From: Alphaproteobacteria bacterium
Lineage (GTDB): Bacteria; Pseudomonadota; Alphaproteobacteria; UBA6615
NCBI GenBank assembly: GCA_965248805.1
Contig: CBDFKJ010000006.1
Location: 330,978 to 394,977, forward strand
Direction of reading: 5' to 3'
DNA: 64,000 nt
The notes beneath the pieces are model-generated. The model was not told the DNA's origin and searched no databases. It saw only the letters and a list, made by a program, of their open reading frames with translations. A program made the position numbers and the translations under genes. Shown piece after piece: positions 33,866-41,313 of this stretch. How positions within the stretch are numbered: the first letter of the stretch is position 1; each line of letters begins with the position of its first letter.

Positions 33866-34433
33866 CCGCGAGCGCCGCGCACTGCATGGCGCCGAGCTGC
33901 GCGCCGAGCCCTCCGAGGGCGCGCAGCCGGTGATCATCGGTCACGCGGCGGTGTTCGACAGCCTGAGCGAAGATCTGGACGGCTTCCGTGAACGGATCGC
34001 GCCCGGCGCCTTCGCCGCCACCATCGCCGAGGACGATATCCGCGCGCTGTTCAACCACAGTTCCGACCAGGTGCTGGGCCGCAACCGCGCCGGCACGCTT
34101 CGTCTCGCCGAGGACGACACCGGCCTGTCGGTTCGTATCGAGCCGCCCGACACGAACGCCGCGCGAGATGTGGTGACTCTGATCGGGCGCGGCGATGTCA
34201 GCGGCATGTCGATCAGTTTTCGGACGCTCACCGACGAATGGAACATCGAGGACGGCGAGCCGGTGCGCACGCTCCGGGCCGTTCGCCTTTTTGACGTCTC
34301 GCCGGTGACATTCCCGGCCTACGCGCAAACCGATGTCGCGGTGCGCTCGCTCGAAGCCTTCCGCGAGACCCTCAAGCCGCCGGTGCCGTGGCGGCGCAAT
34401 CTCGCCCGCCGGCGCCTTGCCCTGCTCACATAA
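33855..34433 (+). CDS. HK97-family prohead protease
   Basis: ...IGHAAVFDS...ERIAPGAF...ALFNHSSDQVLG...DVSGMSISF...LFDVSPVTFPAY. Confidence 0.85.
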   Translation: MRNDRERRALHGAELRAEPSEGAQPVIIGHAAVFDSLSEDLDGFRERIAPGAFAATIAEDDIRALFNHSSDQVLGRNRAGTLRLAEDDTGLSVRIEPPDTNAARDVVTLIGRGDVSGMSISFRTLTDEWNIEDGEPVRTLRAVRLFDVSPVTFPAYAQTDVAVRSLEAFRETLKPPVPWRRNLARRRLALLT

Positions 34434-34548
34434 GGCGCTCGGCAAAACCCCATTCACGGCCGGCACATCGCCGGCCTTCTTGTTGGCGACCACCGCACCG
34501 GGTGCCGGTGGCGCGATCCTTCCTGTACCCGAAACACGGAGCTGACCC

Positions 34549-35784
34549 ATGAAACTCAACGAACTCTTGGAGAAGCGGGCCAAGGTGGTCGCCGACGCCC
34601 GAGCCATCCTCGACGCGGCCCAGGCGGAGAGCCGCGATCTCTCGGACGAGGAATCCGCCAAGTACGACGCCGTGATGGCGGAGGCCGGCAAGCTCGCCGA
34701 CAAGATCAAGCGCGAGCAGCAGTTGCTGGAGCAGGAACGCGCCATCGCCGCCCAGGACGCTCCGGAGAACCGGGGTGCCGGCAACGCCGGCGACGAGACC
34801 CGCGACCGGCCGACGCTGGCCCTTGACGGCTTCCGGTCATGGCTTCGCGGTGGCGCCGCCGGTGCCTTGCGAGTGGACCCCGACGGCTTTCAGGAGTTCC
34901 GCGACCTGTCCGCCGGTGTCGATACCGAAGGCGGGTTCCTGGTCACGCCCGAGCGCTTCGTCACCTCGCTGATCAAAAAAATCGACGACATGGTCTACAT
35001 CCGCGGGTGGGCCACGGTGCAGATGGTTGCGGGAGCGTCGAGCCTCGGGGCGCCGTCGCTCGACGCCGACCCGGACGATGCGGACTGGACGACCGAGTTC
35101 GGGACCGGCCGGGAAGACGACGCGATGAAGTTCGGCAAGCGCGAGCTGCATCCGCACCCGCTGGCCAAGCGGATCAAGATCTCCAACGACCTGATTCGCC
35201 GCTCGGTCCTGCCGTCGGAGAGCATTGTCCGCGACCGCCTGGCCTATAAGTTCGCGATCACACAAGAGAAGGCGTTCCTGCTCGGACATGGCGCCAACCA
35301 GCCGCTCGGCGTGTTCGTGGCGTCCGATGACGGCATCAGCACCAGGCGCGACGTGAGCGCGGATAACGATGCCGCGGCGGTCACCTTCGACGGTCTGCAG
35401 AACGCCAAGTTTGCTCTGAAGGCCGGGCACCGCCGCAACGCGCGCTGGATGTTCCACCGCGACGGGATCAAGCAGCTCAGCAAGATCAAGGACGCAGACG
35501 GGCGCTATATCTGGCAGGAGTCGCACCGGGTCGGTGAGCCGGACCGTCTGCTGGGGCTGCCGTACTTCGAATCGGAGTTCGTGCCCAACACGTTCACGAC
35601 CGGGACCTATGTCGGGATCCTGGGCGACTTCTCCTACTACTGGATCGCCGACGACATCCAGCTGCAGATGCAGCGCCTCGCCGAGCTGTACGCCGAGACC
35701 AATCAGATCGGGATCATCGCGCGAGCGGCCACCGACGCCATGCCGGTGCTCGAAGAAGCCTTCGTGCGCGTCCAGCTGGGCTGA
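34549..35784 (+). CDS. Major capsid protein (HK97 family)
   Basis: 411 aa. The N-terminal delta-domain-like coiled coil is MKLNELLEKRAKVVADARAILDAA..., and the position after the protease fits. Confidence 0.85.
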   Translation: MKLNELLEKRAKVVADARAILDAAQAESRDLSDEESAKYDAVMAEAGKLADKIKREQQLLEQERAIAAQDAPENRGAGNAGDETRDRPTLALDGFRSWLRGGAAGALRVDPDGFQEFRDLSAGVDTEGGFLVTPERFVTSLIKKIDDMVYIRGWATVQMVAGASSLGAPSLDADPDDADWTTEFGTGREDDAMKFGKRELHPHPLAKRIKISNDLIRRSVLPSESIVRDRLAYKFAITQEKAFLLGHGANQPLGVFVASDDGISTRRDVSADNDAAAVTFDGLQNAKFALKAGHRRNARWMFHRDGIKQLSKIKDADGRYIWQESHRVGEPDRLLGLPYFESEFVPNTFTTGTYVGILGDFSYYWIADDIQLQMQRLAELYAETNQIGIIARAATDAMPVLEEAFVRVQLG

Positions 35785-35841
35785 GGCATCCGCACCGGCG
35801 TGAGGCCGGGCTGAGCTAGCACCCTAAAGGAGACACCGAAG

Positions 35842-36276
35842 ATGCAATCTTTGTTGAGCAACACCGAGATCGCCCGCGTCATGGACGCCAAGGCCGCGGG
35901 CACAACGGTCGAAAACGGTACGGCCGTCGACATGCAGAACTTCGAGGGCGTGATGTTCATCGCCGCCCTCGGCACGCTGACCGCCGATCAGGAGACCTCA
36001 ATCAAGGCGCAGCAGGCCACGGCCCCGGACGGCGCCTTCACCGACCTGGACGGAACGAGGGTCGGCGACGCGGAGGATGACGACGACAACCAGTTGCTGA
36101 TCCTCGACGTCAAGCACCTGACCGAACGCTACGTGCGCTGCGTGGTCAGCCGCGGGACCGCCGACGCGGTGATCGACGGTATGATCGCGATCCGGTACGG
36201 GCCGCGCAAGAAGCCGACGACGCAGGGATCGACGGTCTCTGCGTCCAAGGCGGTCGACGGTCCGGCCGAGTCCTAA
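35842..36276 (+). CDS. Hypothetical head-associated protein (144 aa)
   Basis: Good RBS (AAGGAGACACCGAAG ATG) and position after the capsid gene. Confidence 0.5.
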   Translation: MQSLLSNTEIARVMDAKAAGTTVENGTAVDMQNFEGVMFIAALGTLTADQETSIKAQQATAPDGAFTDLDGTRVGDAEDDDDNQLLILDVKHLTERYVRCVVSRGTADAVIDGMIAIRYGPRKKPTTQGSTVSASKAVDGPAES

Positions 36277-36282
36277 GCGCTC

Positions 36283-36510
36283 ATGGACGACCGGGTCATC
36301 GCGCGGCTCGCCGACCGCCTGGAGCGCGTCGCGGATCGCCAGCATGAGCATGAGCGGCAGTGCGCCGAACGGAACGAACGCGACGCCGGACGGTTCGGGC
36401 GTCTTGAGACAGCCGTCTCGCGCAACACCAAGCTGCTGTGGGCCATCGTGCTCGGCATCGTCGGCCTGGCCCTTCAGGCCGCATGGCGCGGTTGGCCGGC
36501 GCCATCGTGA
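36283..36510 (+). CDS. Small C-terminally membrane-anchored protein (possible lysis accessory)
   Basis: Coiled N-terminal part followed by one TM segment, LLWAIVLGIVGLALQAAW. Overlaps the endolysin start. Confidence 0.45.
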   Translation: MDDRVIARLADRLERVADRQHEHERQCAERNERDAGRFGRLETAVSRNTKLLWAIVLGIVGLALQAAWRGWPAPS

Positions 36511-36911
36511 CCTACCGGTTCTCCGACACATCCGGCGCCAGGCTCGCGACGTGTGACGCGCGCCTTCAGGATCTGTTCGGTGAGGTCATCGGGCACGTCG
36601 ACTGCACGATCATAGAGGGCCACCGCGATGAGGCCCGGCAGAACGAGATGTTCCGCACGGGCAAGAGCCAACTCCGTTGGCCGCAAGGCAAGCACAACGT
36701 ACTGCCGTCGCTGGCCGTCGATGCCGCGCCCTATCCGATCGACTGGGGCGACCGCGAACGGGCGACGCTGTTTGCCGGCCTGGTCCTGGGCCTCGCGCAC
36801 GCCCGCGGCCTGCGTCTGCGTTGGGGCGGCGATTGGAACGGCGACTGGCAGGTGAAGGACAACCACTTCGACGATCTCTGGCACTTCGAGTTGATGGAGG
36901 AAGACGCATGA
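36507..36911 (+). CDS. M15-family peptidoglycan peptidase (endolysin)
   Basis: ...TIIEGHRDEARQNEMF...HNVLPSLAVDAAP...GGDWNGDWQVKDNHFDDLWHFEL has the H..D...H metal-ligand pattern. GTG start overlapping the upstream stop. Confidence 0.75.
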   Translation: MTYRFSDTSGARLATCDARLQDLFGEVIGHVDCTIIEGHRDEARQNEMFRTGKSQLRWPQGKHNVLPSLAVDAAPYPIDWGDRERATLFAGLVLGLAHARGLRLRWGGDWNGDWQVKDNHFDDLWHFELMEEDA

Positions 36912-37459
36912 TCGGAGCACTGCTCGGGCTGGCGCAGTTCGCGCCGGCAATCATCAGTCTGTTCGACAGCGACGATAAGTCGACGGCGGCCAAGGCGGCC
37001 AAGGCGGTTTCCGAGACCGCACGCGCGATCACCGGTTCAGGATCGGATGACGACGCGCTCGCTGTTCTCAAGACCGATCCCGAAAAGATGCTGGCCTACC
37101 AGGCCGCCATCAACGCGCATGCAGCCACCATGTATGCGAGCGAGACCAAACGGCTGATCGCGATCAATGAGACAATCCGCCGCGAGGCCGCGAGCAGCGA
37201 TCGCTACGTGCGGCGCTGGCGGCCGACCATGGGCTACGCTGTCACGTTCTCCTGGATGTTCACGGTGTTGGCCATCGTCTATGCGATCATCGCGACACCG
37301 GAACAGGCGCCGGCCGTGATCGCATCGGTGGGGTCGCTAAGCTCGATCTGGACGGTGGCGCTCGCGGTGCTCGGGCTCTCCGTTCACAAGCGCAGCCAGG
37401 ACAAGCAGCCGCCGCGGACCGGCGCACTCTCGACGCTCGTCAAACGACTGACCCAATGA
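36908..37459 (+). CDS. Holin, 3-TM type (as in GTA/alphaproteobacterial phages)
   Basis: MIGALLGLAQFAPAIISLF..., ...RRWRPTMGYAVTFSWMFTVLAIVYAII..., ...VGSLSSIWTVALAVLGL. ATGA overlap with the endolysin. Confidence 0.65.
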   Translation: MIGALLGLAQFAPAIISLFDSDDKSTAAKAAKAVSETARAITGSGSDDDALAVLKTDPEKMLAYQAAINAHAATMYASETKRLIAINETIRREAASSDRYVRRWRPTMGYAVTFSWMFTVLAIVYAIIATPEQAPAVIASVGSLSSIWTVALAVLGLSVHKRSQDKQPPRTGALSTLVKRLTQ

Positions 37460-37471
37460 GGTGACCAAATC

Positions 37472-37693
37472 ATGCGCATCAGAATGTTGACGACAATTGC
37501 CGGCCCGACGCTCGCCGCGTCCGCCGGTCAAGAAATCGAAGTCGACGTCGAGACCGCGACCGCACTGCTCGACGGTGGCTTCGCCGAAGCTCTGAAGGCC
37601 GAGGCCGAGACCGCGGCGGTCGAGGCGGCGCCGGAGAAGACGACCGCGCCAGCGCCGAAGCGCCGCGCCGCGCGCAAGCCACGGGCGAAGTAG
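37472..37693 (+). CDS. Hypothetical small structural-module protein (73 aa)
   Basis: ORF with an Ala/Glu-rich, basic C-terminus. Confidence 0.45.
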   Translation: MRIRMLTTIAGPTLAASAGQEIEVDVETATALLDGGFAEALKAEAETAAVEAAPEKTTAPAPKRRAARKPRAK

Positions 37694-37702
37694 TCCTTTG
37701 TG

Positions 37703-38290
37703 ATGCAGATCCGCTACGCGCTGACGGAGGTGACGGCGCCGGCCAAGGAGCCGCTGACGGGCGACGAGGCGAAGCTCCATCTCCGCGTCGAGGACGACGA
37801 ACATGACGAACTGATCGCTCTCAAGATCGCGGCGGCGCGGCGCGAGGCCGAGACGTTCATGGGACGCTCTCTCATCACACAGACCTGGGACATGGATCTC
37901 GACCGCTTTCCGGCCTGGGTGATCGAGGTGCCCCGTCCGAGGCTTCTGTCGGTCGAAAGCATCAAGCACGTCGACACCGACGGCGTTCTACGGACACTCG
38001 ATGCCAGCGGATACCGCGTCGACGCCAAGCGCGAGCCGGGGAGGATCACGCCGGCCTATGGCGAGACTTGGCCGGTTACACGCGCCGTGACGAACGCGGT
38101 CACGGTGCGGTTCAAGGCCGGCTACGGCGATGAGGCGAAGACGGTGCCCGCGGACATCCGCCAGGCGCTGCTACTCATCGTCGGCCGCTTCTACGCGCAC
38201 CGCGAGGACGTCCGCGACGGCATGCCGGCGACCGAACTGCCGCTAGGCGCGCAGCACCTGCTCAGGCCCTACATGGTCCCTCGGGTGTGA
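37703..38290 (+). CDS. Head-tail connector protein (gp6-like)
   Basis: ...PLTGDEAKLHLRVEDDEHDELIALKIAAARREAETFMGRSLITQTW... Confidence 0.7.
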   Translation: MQIRYALTEVTAPAKEPLTGDEAKLHLRVEDDEHDELIALKIAAARREAETFMGRSLITQTWDMDLDRFPAWVIEVPRPRLLSVESIKHVDTDGVLRTLDASGYRVDAKREPGRITPAYGETWPVTRAVTNAVTVRFKAGYGDEAKTVPADIRQALLLIVGRFYAHREDVRDGMPATELPLGAQHLLRPYMVPRV

Positions 38291-38320
38291 GTACTTGGGC
38301 GCTTAAGAACGGTATGCATC

Positions 38321-38635
38321 ATGCTCGCTGGCAAGCTCGACCGCCGGATCACGATCCAGCGCAAGACGATCACATACAACGCGCTCAATGAGCCCGTAGA
38401 GGACTGGAACGGCCTGGCGACGGTGTGGGCGCAGAAGCTCGGCCAGACCGGCCAGGAATTCTTTGCCAACGATCAGGTGCTGTCGGAATACAAGGTCATC
38501 TTTCGTATCCGCTGGCGCCGCGATCTCAAGGACACCGACCGCGTGATGTTCGAGGGTCGCGCCCACGACATCCATTCGATCCGCGAGCTCGGCCGCCGCG
38601 TCGGGCTCGAACTGCAGACCGTCACGCAGGATTAG
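38321..38635 (+). CDS. Head-closure / head-tail adaptor protein
   Basis: MLAGKLDRRITIQRKT...WNGLATVWAQK...SEYKVIFRIRWR...HDIHSI. Confidence 0.7.
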   Translation: MLAGKLDRRITIQRKTITYNALNEPVEDWNGLATVWAQKLGQTGQEFFANDQVLSEYKVIFRIRWRRDLKDTDRVMFEGRAHDIHSIRELGRRVGLELQTVTQD

Positions 38636-39193
38636 ATGCCGCTCAAGACATATGGATCGGCGCGGTTGGTCGGCGCCGATGCGATGGTGCGCGTGCTGCG
38701 CAGCATGCCGAAGGAAGTCAGCGACAAAGTTGTAGCGTCCGCCGTTCGCGCCGGCGCGGCCGTCGTGCGCAAGGAGGCGATCGCGCGGGCGCCCGTGCGC
38801 TCGGGCGGCAGGCCCAAGCGCTTGAAGACGAAGAAGACGGGCGTGACCCTGCGAGCGCTCTACGGCGCGATCGTCGAGGGCGGGTCCGCGATGCGCTATC
38901 CCGGCAACCTGAAGAAATCCGTTCGTGCCCTGCGCACGCGCAAGACAGAGCACGACGTGACCTATCTGTTGGGGCCGACCGGGCGGGCGTTTTACGGCCT
39001 GTTCCTGGAGTTCGGAACGTCGCGGCAGGCGAAACGGCCATGGCTGCGTCCGGCTTTCGAGGCGACGGCGGACAAGGCGCTCGCCACGATCGGCAAGACG
39101 CTCGGCACGAAGATCGAACAGGCGGCGAAGAAGCTCGCCGGGCGGTTCCGCGATAGCGGGCTGGGGCGAAAACGTGGGAGGCGGCGATGGTAG
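38636..39193 (+). CDS. HK97 gp10-family tail-completion protein
   Basis: ...LKKSVRAL...LGPTGRAFYGLFLEFGTSRQAKRPWLRPAFE... Confidence 0.7.
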   Translation: MPLKTYGSARLVGADAMVRVLRSMPKEVSDKVVASAVRAGAAVVRKEAIARAPVRSGGRPKRLKTKKTGVTLRALYGAIVEGGSAMRYPGNLKKSVRALRTRKTEHDVTYLLGPTGRAFYGLFLEFGTSRQAKRPWLRPAFEATADKALATIGKTLGTKIEQAAKKLAGRFRDSGLGRKRGRRRW

Positions 39194-39591
39194 AAGAAGA
39201 ACTCATCACGCGGCTGCTCGGCTTCGCCGACCTGGCCGCATTCACCGGCCAGCGCGTCTACTTTGTCGCTCGCCCGCAAGGGGACGCGCTGCCTTCAGTC
39301 ACCCTGCAGTTGGTCGGTGGGGGCCGGCGCGAAAGCGCGATGGGCGGCGACACCGGCTATGTGCGCCACTTGTGGCGGGCGAGCGCCTGGGCCGCGTCCT
39401 ACCTTGAAGCGCGCGATGTCTCGGAACAGGTCCGGCTTGCCTTGCAACGCTGGCCGGTCACGGACGCTGCTTACAGCGGCGTGATCGAAGACATCTACGC
39501 CGGCGACGAAGAAGACGGCTACGACCCGGAGACCGAGGCCCATATGCGCGCGCGCGTTTTCGAGATCGTTTACCGGGAGCAACCGACATGA
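39187..39591 (+). CDS. Tail terminator-like protein (DUF3168-like)
   Basis: Position and size (134 aa), plus ...RVYFVARPQGDALPSVTLQLV... Confidence 0.55.
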   Translation: MVEEELITRLLGFADLAAFTGQRVYFVARPQGDALPSVTLQLVGGGRRESAMGGDTGYVRHLWRASAWAASYLEARDVSEQVRLALQRWPVTDAAYSGVIEDIYAGDEEDGYDPETEAHMRARVFEIVYREQPT

Positions 39592-40283
39592 GCATTGCGC
39601 ACGACCACAAGGTCTGGCTCGGCGGCCACGACTTCAGCGGCGTCATGAACGCACTGGGCCTGGAGCTGACGCTTGAAGCGCACGACGCGACCACGTTCGA
39701 CGACGGCACGCGGCGGTCGGTGACCGGCCTGCGCGCCGTCCGCGCCGAGCACCAAGGCTACTTCGATGCCGAGACCGTCGACGCGCGCCTGTTCGATGCC
39801 GTGGATCTCGACGGCGAGATTATGACGGTCGCGGTCGCCGGCGCGGGTGAGGGGACGCTCGCCTATAGTTTCCCGGCGGCGATCGCCCAGTACAGCCCCG
39901 GCGCCACGGTCGGCGAGCAGCTCGCGTTCTCGGTCTCGGCCGAGGCGTCGGGCGACAATGCCGACGTGCTGCGCGGGACCATCCTGCACAATGCCGCTCG
40001 CACAGCGTCGGGCACCAGGCCCGCGCGCAACCTCGGCGCCGTGCCGGCCGGCCGCAGTCTCTATGCGGCGTTGCATGTGCTTGAGGCGTCCGGCGGCGAT
40101 ACCGCGATCGACGTGAGCATCGCATCGGGTGCGACCACGCTCGCATTCGACAGCGCGCCGGTCATCGGCAGCCAATGGAAGAAGCTGGCCGGCCCGCTGA
40201 CGGGTTCGAGCTACCGCGCTGAGTGGATCATCGCCGGCACCGCGCCGCGGTTCCGCTTCGCCGTCATCGCCGGCGTCGTCTGA
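39588..40283 (+). CDS. Tail tube-like protein (231 aa)
   Basis: Its N-terminal part aligns by eye with the next gene (VWLGGHDFSG...LEAHDATTFDDGTRRSVTGL versus VSINGVDLSD...RESHDDTTMGDDTRSMTLGL). Confidence 0.55.
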   Translation: MSIAHDHKVWLGGHDFSGVMNALGLELTLEAHDATTFDDGTRRSVTGLRAVRAEHQGYFDAETVDARLFDAVDLDGEIMTVAVAGAGEGTLAYSFPAAIAQYSPGATVGEQLAFSVSAEASGDNADVLRGTILHNAARTASGTRPARNLGAVPAGRSLYAALHVLEASGGDTAIDVSIASGATTLAFDSAPVIGSQWKKLAGPLTGSSYRAEWIIAGTAPRFRFAVIAGVV

Positions 40284-40305
40284 CGCTCAACACAAGGAGA
40301 ACTTC

Positions 40306-40710
40306 ATGATCCTCAAGAACGCCTTCGTCTCCATCAACGGCGTGGATCTGTCCGATCACATCCAGGAGGTCAACCTGGAGATCGGCCGCGAGAGCCACGA
40401 CGACACGACGATGGGCGACGACACCAGGTCGATGACGCTCGGGCTCAAGACCTGGTCACTGTCGCTGACACTCAAACAGAACTTCGCCGCGGGCAAGGTC
40501 GATGCGACACTGTTCGCCGTCTACAACGCCGGCGATGCGGTGCCGGTCATCGTCCGGGTCGACAAGGGCGCGAAATCGGCCGGCAATCCCGAGTTCACCG
40601 GCGACGCGGTGCTCGAAAGCTATACGCCGCTCGGTCAGTCGGTCGGCGACTTCGCGACAGCGCCGATGCAGTTCGCGGCCGCCGGCGATCTCACCCGCGC
40701 GATCGCGTGA
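40306..40710 (+). CDS. Major tail (tube) protein (134 aa)
   Basis: AAGGAG RBS, position upstream of the chaperone pair, and paralogy to the previous gene. Confidence 0.6.
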   Translation: MILKNAFVSINGVDLSDHIQEVNLEIGRESHDDTTMGDDTRSMTLGLKTWSLSLTLKQNFAAGKVDATLFAVYNAGDAVPVIVRVDKGAKSAGNPEFTGDAVLESYTPLGQSVGDFATAPMQFAAAGDLTRAIA

Positions 40711-40721
40711 CGGGGGCCGGC

Positions 40722-41102
40722 ATGGCTGCAACCAAAACCCCAAAGACCCTCGACGCGGCGGCGATCCTCGGCGCGGCGAAGTCACCGCCGCAGGCCGTCC
40801 ATGTTCCGTCGCTCGGCGGCATCGTCCACGTCCGCGAGATGACGGTGGGCGAGCGCGACGAGTACGAGATGCAGCTGGCGGGCACCCGTACGGACGAAGC
40901 CAGCGCCAAGCGCCGCATCGTGCGGTCGTCACTGCTGGTGCGCGCGCTCTGCGATGCCGACGGTAAGCGGCTGTTCATCGACGACCAGGCCGAGGAGCTC
41001 GCCGGCACCCTCGGCGCCCGTGCAGCGGACCGGTTGTTTTCCGTAGCGCGGCGTCTCAACGGGATCGGTGCCGACGCCGTCGAGGAACTTGAGGGAAACT
41101 GA
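40722..41102 (+). CDS. Tail assembly chaperone (gpG analogue)
   Basis: 126 aa, directly upstream of the tape measure gene. It ends ...EELEGN on the slippery GGGAAAC. Confidence 0.7.
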   Translation: MAATKTPKTLDAAAILGAAKSPPQAVHVPSLGGIVHVREMTVGERDEYEMQLAGTRTDEASAKRRIVRSSLLVRALCDADGKRLFIDDQAEELAGTLGARAADRLFSVARRLNGIGADAVEELEGN

Positions 41103-41311
41103 CGCGGCGGCCGAGCCGCCGGTTCCTGTTCTCTCTGGCTCGCGAGCTCGGCAAGACCGTGCACGAACTCGAAACCGGGATGGGCGCGCGCGAACTCGCC
41201 GAATGGGTCGCGGTGCTGCGCATCGAACGGCGCGAGGCCGATGAAGCCCAGCGCCGCCGGAGCCTCGAAGACGGCGTGCGCAGCAATCTGAGCAGAAAGC
41301 GGAGGCGCTAG
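40722..41311 (+). CDS. Tail assembly chaperone, -1 frameshift product (gpGT analogue)
   Basis: A slip at G GGA AAC (41093..41099) opens the -1 frame KLTRRPSRRFLFSLARELGKTVHELETGMGARELAEWVAVLRIERREADE...RKRRR, ending at TAG 41309..41311, 2 nt before the tape-measure ATG. Confidence 0.65.
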
Positions 41312-41313
41312 AC

